From positions 43,718 to 107,717 of the forward strand of contig CAYJLK010000002.1 in the NCBI GenBank assembly GCA_964371445.1: a stretch of 64,000 nucleotides of DNA, given 5' to 3'. The notes under the pieces were generated by a model, which was not told where the DNA came from, ran no database searches, and saw nothing but the letters and a program-made list of their open reading frames with translations. Origin of the DNA: an uncultured Candidatus Saccharibacteria bacterium (GTDB lineage: Bacteria; Patescibacteriota; Minisyncoccia; Phycocordibacterales; Phycocordibacteraceae). Shown one piece after another: positions 31,002 through 40,173 of the stretch; positions within the stretch are counted from its first letter, which is position 1; the number at the start of each line of letters is the position of its first letter. Both the position numbers and the translations under genes were made by a program.

Positions 31002-31922
31002 ATGCAAGCTGAGGTCGCCAAGCGCCAGTTTCTTGAATACATTGAGATTGAGCGCGGACGCGCGGTGAAGACTATCGAAAATTATGATAGATACCTCTCC
31101 CGCTACTTCGAGCAGATGCAGATAAAGAGTGTGAGCGACATCACCGAGCAGAATGTGCGCGACTTTCGCCTCTGGCTCAACCGGCAGAAAGGGACGAAGG
31201 CCGACTCGATGAAGCGCCGCACCCAGAACTACTACATGATCGCGCTCCGCGCCTTCCTCAAGTTCCTGCGGAAACGTGATATCGACGCTATTTCCCCGGA
31301 GAAGATAGAGCTCGCCAAGCTCCCCGAGCGCCAACTCGACCTCATCACCTCCGCTGAACTCGAACGACTCATGAAGGCGCCTGGCGAGGCATATGAAAAA
31401 GAGACTGATGAAGATAAGAAGGTCGCCTATCTGCGCGACGCCGCGATACTGGAGATGCTCTTCTCTACCGGTCTGCGCGTGTCTGAACTTTGCTCATTAA
31501 ACTCTGATATTGATCTCACGCGCGACGAGCTCTCGGTGCGCGGCAAGGGCGAGAAGGTGCGAGTCGTCTTCCTCTCCCCCACTGCGAAGGAAGCGGTGCG
31601 TGCGTACCTCAAAGCGCGCAAGGATATGGAGGAGGCGCTCTTCGTCGACGGCCGGCCGAATAAGCTCCACCGCATCATCCCGCGCGATATCCAGCGCCAC
31701 TTAAAGACCTACGTCGCGCGCGCCGGCATCACGAACGTCGTCACGCCCCACACCCTCCGCCACGTCTTCGCCACCGACCTCCTCTCAAATGGCGCCGACA
31801 TCCGCAGTGTCCAACAGCTCCTCGGCCACGCCTCTATCAACACGACCCAGATCTACACCCACATCACCGACTCGCACTTGCGCGAAATCCATAAAAAGTT
31901 CCACGGGAAGTCCCGAAGCTGA
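31002..31922 (+). CDS. XerC/D-family tyrosine recombinase
   Basis: Catalytic R (GLRVSE), K (GKGEK), HTLRH, LGH and TQIY; start at ATG 31002. Confidence 0.92.
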   Translation: MQAEVAKRQFLEYIEIERGRAVKTIENYDRYLSRYFEQMQIKSVSDITEQNVRDFRLWLNRQKGTKADSMKRRTQNYYMIALRAFLKFLRKRDIDAISPEKIELAKLPERQLDLITSAELERLMKAPGEAYEKETDEDKKVAYLRDAAILEMLFSTGLRVSELCSLNSDIDLTRDELSVRGKGEKVRVVFLSPTAKEAVRAYLKARKDMEEALFVDGRPNKLHRIIPRDIQRHLKTYVARAGITNVVTPHTLRHVFATDLLSNGADIRSVQQLLGHASINTTQIYTHITDSHLREIHKKFHGKSRS

Positions 31923-32065
31923 CGAAGCAGGGAGGCGTGCATGGTCGAGGACGTGTCGGAACGCGACGGCGTGAGACACAGCAAATTTTCAGCCAGAAAA
32001 TTATGCGTGTCCGAGAACAAGCATGCCTGCCGGCGGCGAAGCGACCAGTGGTATACAATACTCAA

Positions 32066-32833
32066 ATGAAACTCGTGTCGTGGAACGTAAACGGCTTGCG
32101 GTCGCTCGCCAAGGAGAGCTACTGGGAATCATTTCTCGCGGGCGTGAAGCCAGATATCTTCTGCCTCCAAGAGACCAAGGCGAATCCGGACCAGCTTTCT
32201 GAAGCGTTCCTCTCCCCTGCCGGGTATTCGGCATTCTTTTCTTCCTGTCAGATTAAGAAGGGCTATAGCGGTGTCGCTCTCTATTCTAAAGTTGAGCCGC
32301 TGAAAGTGATTTACGGCATGGGCATCCCGGAATTCGACCAGGAGGGGCGCCTCATCGGCGCAGAATATGAGGATTTCTGGCTTCTCAATGCTTATTTTCC
32401 CAACGGCGGACAAGGTCCCGAACGTCTAGACTACAAAATGCGCTTCTACGACGCCTTTCTAAAGTTCATCGAGAAACTGCGTAAGGAGAAGCCCGTCATT
32501 TTCTGCGGCGACGTGAACACCGCCCATGAAGAGATAGACTTGGCGAGACCAAAAGAAAATGAAGAGAACACCGGCTTTCTCCCCGAGGAGCGCGCCTGGA
32601 TAGACGAGGTGGTGGCTGCCGGCTACATGGACTCCTTCCGCCACTTCCACCCCAACACCAAGGAGGCGTACAGCTACTGGGATATGTTCACCCGCGCGCG
32701 CGACCGCAATGTCGGCTGGCGCATCGACTACTTCTTCGTCGCAAGCGAGTTTATGAAACACGTGAAGAAAGCCGAGATCCACCCCGACATCTTCGGCTCC
32801 GACCACTGCCCTGTTTCCATCACCATCTCATAA
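32066..32833 (+). CDS. xth: Exodeoxyribonuclease III
   Basis: SWNVNG, LQETK, GDVNTAH, WRIDY and SDHCP. Confidence 0.96.
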   Translation: MKLVSWNVNGLRSLAKESYWESFLAGVKPDIFCLQETKANPDQLSEAFLSPAGYSAFFSSCQIKKGYSGVALYSKVEPLKVIYGMGIPEFDQEGRLIGAEYEDFWLLNAYFPNGGQGPERLDYKMRFYDAFLKFIEKLRKEKPVIFCGDVNTAHEEIDLARPKENEENTGFLPEERAWIDEVVAAGYMDSFRHFHPNTKEAYSYWDMFTRARDRNVGWRIDYFFVASEFMKHVKKAEIHPDIFGSDHCPVSITIS

Positions 32834-32960
32834 AAAACCCGCGAAGACGCGGGACCAGGTTTTTTGCTGGACAGGGATGCGGCCTCCGCCACACAATCTA
32901 TATCTCGTTCATTCGGCCCTCGCGGACTCGGGTCTCCTGAACGGCTCCAGTAAAGGACAG

Positions 32961-32969
32961 TTATCCACA
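32961..32969 (+). promoter_or_regulatory. DnaA box
   Basis: Perfect TTATCCACA, flanked by the inverted repeat TAAAGGACA/TGTCCTTTA. Confidence 0.65.
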
Positions 32970-33261
32970 GGGTGTCCTTTACAATGTCCTTTAGTGGACT
33001 AGTATCAACAAAGGAGAGGCGATTGTACATTCTCGTTCTTTCGTCGGCGCTCTGCCTTCCTTGCGAGGTGTCTGCCCACATTCAGGATGATTCCTGACAC
33101 AAGCCCTCCGGCATGATGTTCCTTGTTTTTAGGAAGTGCCAGTACGCAAATATCAGTTGAGATAAAAAGCTACCCACATCTCGATCGTAGGCACCATTTA
33201 ACGCCCCAAGCTCCTACCCCGCCAACGGTCACCAAACTGGGTGGCTTTTTTAATTCAACAC

Positions 33262-33277
33262 TGTTCCACGTGTAACA
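33262..33277. promoter_or_regulatory. parS-like site
   Basis: TGTTCCACGTGTAACA, close to the parS consensus TGTTNCACGTGAAACA. Confidence 0.75.
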
Positions 33278-33329
33278 CCCAACCGCACACGCATCGCTTT
33301 TGAATGAAGTCAGACTTCATTCAAAGTGC

Positions 33330-33338
33330 TGTGGATAA
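33330..33338 (-). promoter_or_regulatory. DnaA box
   Basis: TGTGGATAA, i.e. perfect TTATCCACA on the minus strand. Confidence 0.65.
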
Positions 33339-33367
33339 GCAAGCATTTCATACATTATATATCAAAT

Positions 33368-33383
33368 TGTTCCACGTGGAACA
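33368..33383. promoter_or_regulatory. parS site
   Basis: Perfect palindrome TGTTCCACGTGGAACA, extending to 20 bp. Confidence 0.85.
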
Positions 33384-33399
33384 ATACTGGCTGGAATAG

Positions 33400-34866
33400 C
33401 TAGCAGACGTGGTGCTTCGACATTATCTGGCGTACTTCCTCATCCTCTGCCTCTTCCCTCTTCTTTTTCCCTGATTCGCCAAGCTTTTTAAGCTCTTCGT
33501 CTGACAAAGCGAGCAGTTCACTAGTTCTTTTATCCAAATATTCCTCGGTATTCTTAGCAGAATCATCAAGTATTTCCTCAAGAAGTGCGTTTAGGGTCCA
33601 GCCGATACGAGGTCCCGGTTCCACATGAAACTTCTCCATTATGCGTTCTCCGCCGGTCTTCAGCATACCGACTGAGATAGGATCGCGGAGCGCCTGCTCA
33701 ACCATTGCCTTGTACTTACGGAAGCGGAAGGGCTGTTCCTTGGGTCTGCCGGTGCCGATACGGTCGCAGATACGGAGATTTAGAAGGTCCCAGATGTTCT
33801 CCTCGCCGACGTTCTTAATCATCCGACGCACGGCTGAGAGGGTAATCTGCTCGGGATCAGAAAAGAACATGTGCCACCTGACCAGTTTGACCACCTTGTC
33901 GATTGTCTCGCGAGGGAAGTGCAGGTCTTCGAGCGCCTTCTTTGTTACACGTGAACCAACGACCTCGTGGCCGTGGAAGGTCCATTCTCCTTTCTCGTTC
34001 TTTCGGCGAGTCTCCGGCTTAGACACGTCGTGGAAGAGGCCGGCGAGGCGGATATCAAAGTTCCAGTCTTTATCGGCCGCGTGCTGCATAGTGCGCATCA
34101 GGTGCTCAAAGACGTCATAGCTGTGCGCCTGGTTCTGCTCCACACCAATGCCGCGGACGAGATCCGCTGAGATATATTCGAGGATGCCAAGACGCTGTGC
34201 GAGTACGAGGGCGTTCATTGGCTGAGTCGAATTGAGTATTCTCACAAGTTCATCCTTCACTCTTTCACGTGAAACATGGCTTAAATGCTTGCTATTTTCG
34301 CTTATCGCCGCCGCAGTCGTCCCGTCGATGCCGAAATCGAGTTCTGCAACGAGACGTACGGCACGGAGCATACGGAGCGCGTCTTCATTGAGACGTTCCG
34401 ACGCGTTGCCGACGGCTCTAATGAGCTTGTCCTTTATGTCCTTTTGACCGTCGTACGGGTCAATCAAATGTCCTCGAGAGTCTTCAAGTGCGATAGCGTT
34501 GATGGTGAAGTCACGGCGCGCGAGGTCTTCAAGCAGGGAAGCACCGAACTCTACTTTATCTGGTCGGCGCTTATCAGAATATTCTGACTCGGTACGATAG
34601 GGGGTCACTTCGATGATCGCGAGACGAGGGTCCTCTGAATCAGTCTTCACGCCGACCGTTCCATAGTCATTTTCATAAAAAGAATCAGGGAATAGGCCCT
34701 GGATCTGCTCAGGGTGAGCATTTGTGGTGATGTCCCAATCCTTCGGTTCTCGGCCGATAATCAGGTCTCGGACGCAGCCACCGACGAGATACGACTCATA
34801 GCCGGCCTTTCGTAGGACGTCTTCAACTGTTGTAACTTCAGACGGAATACGATACTGCATTTCCAA
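33400..34866 (-). CDS. cca: CCA tRNA nucleotidyltransferase with HD domain
   Basis: VGGCVRD, DWD, RRDFTINA, EDALR and FHD. Confidence 0.93.
   Translation of the reverse strand: MEMQYRIPSEVTTVEDVLRKAGYESYLVGGCVRDLIIGREPKDWDITTNAHPEQIQGLFPDSFYENDYGTVGVKTDSEDPRLAIIEVTPYRTESEYSDKRRPDKVEFGASLLEDLARRDFTINAIALEDSRGHLIDPYDGQKDIKDKLIRAVGNASERLNEDALRMLRAVRLVAELDFGIDGTTAAAISENSKHLSHVSRERVKDELVRILNSTQPMNALVLAQRLGILEYISADLVRGIGVEQNQAHSYDVFEHLMRTMQHAADKDWNFDIRLAGLFHDVSKPETRRKNEKGEWTFHGHEVVGSRVTKKALEDLHFPRETIDKVVKLVRWHMFFSDPEQITLSAVRRMIKNVGEENIWDLLNLRICDRIGTGRPKEQPFRFRKYKAMVEQALRDPISVGMLKTGGERIMEKFHVEPGPRIGWTLNALLEEILDDSAKNTEEYLDKRTSELLALSDEELKKLGESGKKKREEAEDEEVRQIMSKHHVC
34261..34276. promoter_or_regulatory. 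parS-like site inside cca (weaker copies at 33617-33632 and 33943-33958)
   Basis: TCTTTCACGTGAAACA; the others read GGTTCCACATGAAACT and TGTTACACGTGAACCA. Confidence 0.65.
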
Positions 34867-34897
34867 ATCCTATCACAGTGCCGTACACTAAAGACAC

Positions 34898-34969
34898 GCC
34901 CCCGTGGTGAAATGGATATCACTGCTGACTTCGGATCAGCCGTTCCGGGTTCGAATCCTGGCGAGGGCA
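34898..34969 (+). tRNA. tRNA-Arg(UCG), CCA not encoded
   Basis: Cloverleaf; anticodon arm GCTGA-CTTCGGA-TCAGC; GTTCGAATC T-loop. Confidence 0.92.
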
Positions 34970-35015
34970 CAAGCACTGGAAAAATAAACAGGTGACGTGT
35001 TATCATGTCGCCAGC

Positions 35016-35086
35016 GCGGGTATGGTTCAATGGTAGAACATCTGGTTGCCAATCAGATGATGGGAGTTCGATTCTCCCTACCCGCA
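35016..35086 (+). tRNA. tRNA-Gly(GCC), CCA not encoded
   Basis: Acceptor stem GCGGGTA/TACCCGC; anticodon loop TTGCCAA. Confidence 0.93.
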
Positions 35087-35097
35087 CTGAGTAAGGC

Positions 35098-35138
35098 AAA
35101 AAGAGAAAGACCGACATTGCGTCGGTCTTTCTCTTTTT
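35098..35138 (+). terminator. Terminator after the tRNAs
   Basis: AAAAAGAGAAAGACCGAC/GTCGGTCTTTCTCTTTTT hairpin. Confidence 0.75.
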
Positions 35139-35307
35139 CGCCGCGCGAAGTGCGGGTATGGGCATTTCCATACACGCACGACCAAAATCGTGATTTCGAA
35201 ACGACTTTGGAGTTGTGTACAAACCTGTGCACACTGGGGATAAAGGACAGCAGACTTTTTAACAAGTCCGTGAAATAGTAAGGAAATGAGCCGTATTTCT
35301 AAAAGCC

Positions 35308-35703
35308 GTGAACATAGCATCTCTCACCAGTAAACAGGTCGGTAACCTAGGAGAGAGCGTCGCTTGCGAGTATCTCAAGCGGCACGGATTCTCGATTGTC
35401 GACCGCAATATCGCGCGAAAAACGGGCGAGCTCGACATCATCGCAAAGAAAGAAAATACGCTCCATTTCGTCGAAGTGAAGACGGTCCTCGTGCACAGAT
35501 TCCCCGACGAAAACGACTCGCACGATGTGTACGATCCCTCGCTCAACTTGCACGAAGCGAAGGTGTACAAGGTCGCCCGCACGGGAGAGTGGTATGTCCT
35601 TGAGAAAGGCTGGGAAGGGGAGTGGCAGGTCGACGGAATCCTCGTGTGGCTCCGCCGCGCTGACGGCATGACCCGCGTCTCCTACCTGCCGCAAATCGTC
35701 TAA
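35308..35703 (+). CDS. yraN: YraN/UPF0102 family nuclease
   Basis: GNLGE, GELDII and FVEVKT. Confidence 0.9.
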   Translation: MNIASLTSKQVGNLGESVACEYLKRHGFSIVDRNIARKTGELDIIAKKENTLHFVEVKTVLVHRFPDENDSHDVYDPSLNLHEAKVYKVARTGEWYVLEKGWEGEWQVDGILVWLRRADGMTRVSYLPQIV

Positions 35704-35706
35704 TCA

Positions 35707-35777
35707 TCGGGCCGCCGAGAATTGAACTCGGTCTGCCTGCTCCCAAAGCAGGTGTACTACCGGCATACTCCGGCCCG
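35707..35777 (-). tRNA. tRNA-Pro(UGG), CCA not encoded
   Basis: Reverse complement reads CGGGCCG...CCTGC-TTTGGGA-GCAGG...GTTCAATTC...CGGCCCGA. Confidence 0.9.
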
Positions 35778-35797
35778 TTGTCCTCATCGTATCAGCT

Positions 35798-36928
35798 TTA
35801 TGGTAAATTCGCAGTCACTATCGCCTCGAGCGTCGGTATTTGGGGCGCGAAGTCGGCGGCGGCCGTCGGAGGCGATTTCGCAAAGAGGAGATCGAGCGCC
35901 TGTCCGGTCACGCCCGCATACGTCGCGCGGATATAGGAGGCAGTGACCGCGTCGAGCGAGCGTGTCTCGGTCGCACCCTCGACAGTGCTCGTCGTGATGG
36001 TAGCGACAAGCATCTCGGATGCGTCGGCGACGCCGCCACCCGAAGATCCTTCCTGCGCCGCCGCCGAACCGCCGAGTGAGAGCACGTCGATCGTATTTGT
36101 CTTAAACGTGAAGACTCCCTTTACCGAACCGAAGACAATGATAGGGAAGAGAGCGGATTGTATTTGGCTCGACTCGAGAAATTGTGCACCGTAGGAGGCG
36201 ATGACCACCGGCGTGCCGGCGGAAGGCGGCGTCTGCGCGAGTGATATGAAAGGGAATTCTGCCGGAAGCGCATCTCTGGTCGCACTCTTCGTGACGGCAA
36301 GAATCGCGAAATCATATTCGCCGGTTCCCGTCGGCGCCGCGAGCGTGAGCACATTTGCATTTTCTGAGAGCCATGCGGAGGGGATGTAGGCCAGCGCCGC
36401 ATCATAGCGGTCGGCGGCCGGACTGCCGGCGCGGATGGTGCAGTCGGCGCCGCGGTCGGCGAGGAGGAAATACTGCGCGATATGCGCATTGGTGAGGATG
36501 AACCCTTTTGCGTCGACGATGACGCCGCTACCGGAGATCGAGTGTAGACCGCTCCCCGCGGGCATATAACAGATGATGTTCACGAGCGCAGCACGAAGCG
36601 TCGAGGCAGCGCGATCAAGCGCTCCAGCATCGGGGACCGGAGCCGAAACGATAACGGGAGTCGGAGCGGGAGTCGGGACTGGCATCGACGCCGCCGGCGA
36701 GACGGTCTTCTCTGGAACAGACGCCTTCTGTTCCGCCGGCGCTAGTTGCGGTAACGTTATATCCGGCAAGACGAGATCGGGCAAGACTAAGAGCGTCGAA
36801 GACGCGGCTTGCAGATTCGTCTCGGCGACACGCACGACGGTCACGCTCCCGGAGAAAGCGACGATGAAGATGCCCAGGATGAGGGCGACGACAATTCCGA
36901 GATAGGGCGCTAGGCGCGACATGTTCAA
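35798..36928 (-). CDS. Membrane-anchored trypsin-like (S1) serine protease
   Basis: Catalytic triad motifs TNAH, DFAIL and GSSGG; N-terminal TM helix and Pro linker. Confidence 0.88.
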   Translation of the reverse strand: MNMSRLAPYLGIVVALILGIFIVAFSGSVTVVRVAETNLQAASSTLLVLPDLVLPDITLPQLAPAEQKASVPEKTVSPAASMPVPTPAPTPVIVSAPVPDAGALDRAASTLRAALVNIICYMPAGSGLHSISGSGVIVDAKGFILTNAHIAQYFLLADRGADCTIRAGSPAADRYDAALAYIPSAWLSENANVLTLAAPTGTGEYDFAILAVTKSATRDALPAEFPFISLAQTPPSAGTPVVIASYGAQFLESSQIQSALFPIIVFGSVKGVFTFKTNTIDVLSLGGSAAAQEGSSGGGVADASEMLVATITTSTVEGATETRSLDAVTASYIRATYAGVTGQALDLLFAKSPPTAAADFAPQIPTLEAIVTANLP

Positions 36929-36960
36929 AGGCTAACCCAAAAATGGTATTCTCACCACAC

Positions 36961-37034
36961 GCGGGATTAGTTTAATGGTAGAACATCAGTTTTCCAAACT
37001 GATAGCACCGGTCCGATTCCGGTATCCCGCACCA
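36961..37034 (+). tRNA. tRNA-Gly(UCC), CCA encoded
   Basis: Acceptor stem GCGGGAT/ATCCCGC-ACCA; anticodon loop TTTCCAA. Confidence 0.92.
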
Positions 37035-37059
37035 ACACAAAGAGGAGTACCATAGAGAG

Positions 37060-38196
37060 ATGGAACCGCTCGCCGCGAGGATACGGCCGACAACACTCGA
37101 CGAGGTGGTGGGGCAGGAGCACCTGGTCGGAGCAGGGAAGCCGCTTCGGGTTGCGGTCGAGAAGCGGCACAAGTTTTCGTTTATCCTCTGGGGTCCGCCC
37201 GGCACGGGGAAGACGACCATCGCACGCATCTATGCGCGCGCCCTTGATGCTGAGCTCTTCGAGCTCTCCGCCGTCTCCGCCGGTAAAGAGGACATTCGCA
37301 AGATAGTTAGCGGTACGCAGGAACAGGGAGCAGAGAAGCCGAAGGTCTTATTTTTAGACGAAATTCATCGGTTCAATAAAGCCCAACAAGATTTTCTTTT
37401 GCCCTATGTGGAGAGCGGCGAGCTCACCCTTATCGGTGCGACAACCGAGAACCCATCGTTCGAGGTTATCGCGCCGCTTCTCTCACGCTGTCGCGTCTTC
37501 GTCTTGGAGCCTCTCTCTGAAGAGGCTCTACGATCAATCGTGAAGCGCACCAAGTTGAAGGTGAAGAAAGACGCGTTTGACTGGCTCTTAGGATACGCAA
37601 ACGGCGATGCGCGCAGAGCGCTCGGGATGCTCGAGGGCGCACAAAGTCTGTATGGAGACATAACTGCCGAGACACTCAACAAAGCGCTCGAGTCGCCGCA
37701 TCTGCGCTACGACAAGAAGGGAGAAGAGCACTACGACACCATCAGTGCGTTTATAAAAAGTATGCGCGCCTCGCAGGCGGACGCGGCGCTCTATTATCTC
37801 GCGCGCATGGTCGAGGCGGGGGAGGACCCGCTCTTTATAGCTCGAAGGATGGTCATATTCGCGAGCGAAGACATCGGGCTCGCTCAGCCGACCGCGCTCG
37901 TGGTCGCCAATGCCGTCTTCCGTGCGTGCGAGACCATCGGCTACCCGGAGTGCGCCATCAACCTCGCCCACGGCGTCGCGTATCTTGCGCAAGCGAAGAA
38001 GAACCGCTCGGCATATGATGCGCTTCGCGCCGCGCAGGCAGACGTGCACGAGCACGGCAACCTCCCGGTGCCCAAGAAGATACGCAATCCCGTGACCAAG
38101 CTGATGAAAGAACTCGACTACGGGAAAGAGTATGAGAAATATGACAATGAGTCGTATCTCCCCGATAAAATAAAGAAAAAGAGATATTTGAAATGA
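37060..38196 (+). CDS. rarA: Replication-associated recombination protein A
   Basis: [28 protein letters not shown] and ASEDIG. Confidence 0.96.
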   Translation: MEPLAARIRPTTLDEVVGQEHLVGAGKPLRVAVEKRHKFSFILWGPPGTGKTTIARIYARALDAELFELSAVSAGKEDIRKIVSGTQEQGAEKPKVLFLDEIHRFNKAQQDFLLPYVESGELTLIGATTENPSFEVIAPLLSRCRVFVLEPLSEEALRSIVKRTKLKVKKDAFDWLLGYANGDARRALGMLEGAQSLYGDITAETLNKALESPHLRYDKKGEEHYDTISAFIKSMRASQADAALYYLARMVEAGEDPLFIARRMVIFASEDIGLAQPTALVVANAVFRACETIGYPECAINLAHGVAYLAQAKKNRSAYDALRAAQADVHEHGNLPVPKKIRNPVTKLMKELDYGKEYEKYDNESYLPDKIKKKRYLK

Positions 38197-38234
38197 AAAC
38201 AAACGCGGCGCCTTCCGGCGCCGCGTTTGTTTTC
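38195..38234. terminator. Bidirectional terminator
   Basis: 18-bp perfect inverted repeat between convergent rarA and hup. Confidence 0.8.
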
Positions 38235-38246
38235 TGCACAAAAACC

Positions 38247-38519
38247 TTATTTCACTGCGTCCTTCAGTGCCTTTGCGGCGCGGAACTTCGCGGTGCGGCT
38301 TGCGGCGATATGAATCGTCTCACCGGTTCGAGGATTCCTACCCTGGCGCGCAGGACGTGCCTTCGTCGCGAAGATACCGAGGCCGGCGATCGATACTTCG
38401 TCGCCTGACTTGAGGCTCTTAACGATAGAATCGATGACGGTCTCGACAGCGCGTTCGGCATCAGCCTTCGTCGAACCGAGAACGCCATGTACCTTGTCGA
38501 CAATGTCTGCTTTGTTCAT
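38247..38519 (-). CDS. hup: DNA-binding protein HU
   Basis: MNKADIV and GRNPRTGE. Confidence 0.96.
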   Translation of the reverse strand: MNKADIVDKVHGVLGSTKADAERAVETVIDSIVKSLKSGDEVSIAGLGIFATKARPARQGRNPRTGETIHIAASRTAKFRAAKALKDAVK

Positions 38520-38643
38520 GAATATCTGCTAGCTGCTAATCCCGCGGCCGAGAGGGGCGGGCATGAGAGAAAGTATAGGAAATGCGCCACATTGCGCAAT
38601 AGGGCTTGACCACCCAGCGTGGATAATGTGAAATCAAGAAAAA

Positions 38644-40173
38644 TCAACGAGCGAACTCAACGACGCGGTTCTCGCGGATGATATTGATCTTGATTTCGCC
38701 CGGATATTTGAGTTCGTCCTGGACGCGCTTCGCAATATCGCGCGCCAGCGTGTGCATCGCTATATCCGAGACCTTGCCCGGGTTCACGAAGACGCGGATC
38801 TCGCGTCCGGCCGCAATCGCATAGACCTTTTCGACACCGGGAAAGGTGGCAGCGAGGCGCTCGAGGTCGCCGAGGCGCTCGAGATAACGATCCACCGTGT
38901 CGCGGCGCGCGCCCGGGCGACCGCCCGAGATGGCGTCGGCTACTTGGACGATGACTGCCTCCGGCGTCTCATACGGATATTCCTCATGGTGCGATTGCAT
39001 CGCGAGAATGATGCGCTTGTCGACGCCAAACTTCTCGAGGATGCGCCGACCTATCTCGACGTGCGTCCCCTGTACCTCATGGTCCACCGCCTTGCCGATA
39101 TCGTGCAGGAGGGCAGCGGTGCGCGCGATAGAGGCGTCGGCGCCAAGCTCAGTTGCGAGCATGCCGGCGATATGCGCCATCTCGATCGAGTGCTGAAGCA
39201 CATTCTGGCCGAAACTGGTGCGGTAGTGGAGGCGACCAAGGAGCGCAGTGAGCTTCGGATCGAGCCCGATAACGCCGGCTTCATATGCAGCGGCTTCGCC
39301 CTTCTGCTTCACAATCTCAGCCACCTCGGCGCGCGTCTTCTCTACGGTTTCTTCAATCTTTGCCGGCTGGATGCGTCCGTCCTGAATAAGCTTCTCGAGC
39401 GCGATCTTCGCAATCGCGCGGCGAAGCGGGTCGAATGAAGAGAGTGTGATGCGATCCGGCGCGTCATCGATGAGCACATCGACGCCGGTCGCGCGTTCAA
39501 ATGCTTTGATATTGCGGCCTTCTTTGCCGATAATTTTTCCCTTCATGTCCTCCGAGGGGAGGGCGACCGAGAGTGACATCACTTCGGCGTTCACGGCGTT
39601 CCCGAGACGGTGAATCGTCGTCGTGAGGATATCGCGCGCCTTGTCTTCGAGGCGTTCTCGCCCATGCGCGGCGAGTTTCTGTAATCGTAAAAGGATCGCC
39701 TCTTCATGAGCGCGCTCTATTTCTGAAAAAAGCTCTTCGCGCGCCGCTGATTCGGAGAGGTGCGCGACCTTGGCGAGCTCCTTCGAACGTTCGAGAGTCA
39801 ATTTCTCCGCCTCGCTCCGCGCGCGAAGCGCCTCAACTTCGCGCTCCCGCACCTCATCTTCTTTTCCATCGAGATCGCGCTGGCGCGAATCGAGGAATTC
39901 CTCACGCGCCGCGATGCGTTCCTCCCTCGCCGAGAGTTTCTCTTCGCGCTCCTCGATCGGCGCGAGGCGTTCGGTCTCGATGACTTCGCCGCGGAACTCC
40001 GCATCGGCGATAATCTTTGCCGCCTGCTCCTTCGCCTGGAGCAGTTTTCGCTTTGTATCGAGCTCGACCGAACCGCGCTGAGCGAGACCGATAAGGACGC
40101 GCAACACGTAGCCGAGCGCGACGCCGCCCACGCCCGAGAGCGCGAGAAGTACCAATATAATGTTGAGTGACAT
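38644..40173 (-). CDS. rny: Ribonuclease Y
   Basis: N-terminal TM helix, coiled coil, KH domain (IIGKEGRNI) and HD domain (LLHDIGK). Confidence 0.96.
   Translation of the reverse strand: MSLNIILVLLALSGVGGVALGYVLRVLIGLAQRGSVELDTKRKLLQAKEQAAKIIADAEFRGEVIETERLAPIEEREEKLSAREERIAAREEFLDSRQRDLDGKEDEVREREVEALRARSEAEKLTLERSKELAKVAHLSESAAREELFSEIERAHEEAILLRLQKLAAHGRERLEDKARDILTTTIHRLGNAVNAEVMSLSVALPSEDMKGKIIGKEGRNIKAFERATGVDVLIDDAPDRITLSSFDPLRRAIAKIALEKLIQDGRIQPAKIEETVEKTRAEVAEIVKQKGEAAAYEAGVIGLDPKLTALLGRLHYRTSFGQNVLQHSIEMAHIAGMLATELGADASIARTAALLHDIGKAVDHEVQGTHVEIGRRILEKFGVDKRIILAMQSHHEEYPYETPEAVIVQVADAISGGRPGARRDTVDRYLERLGDLERLAATFPGVEKVYAIAAGREIRVFVNPGKVSDIAMHTLARDIAKRVQDELKYPGEIKINIIRENRVVEFAR

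Noticed and set aside
31002-31922. Tyrosine recombinase as a prophage, ICE or integron integrase
   Set aside because: Xer-sized, flanked by rpsO and xth, with no att repeats, cassette array or cargo; no dif site recognised
33150-33210. tmRNA-like 5' end (GGGGCGTTAAATGG on the minus strand) and an SRP-like GGAAGG loop near 33060
   Set aside because: No matching tRNA-like 3' end and no complete SRP helix-8 consensus
33022-33255. Longer ORF if TGA were read through (alternative genetic code)
   Set aside because: TGA terminates well-defined genes here (xer, rarA, rny, rsmA), and a TAG also interrupts the frame
34898-37034. tRNA cluster as an integration site for an island
   Set aside because: No duplicated tRNA 3' ends and no nearby foreign gene block
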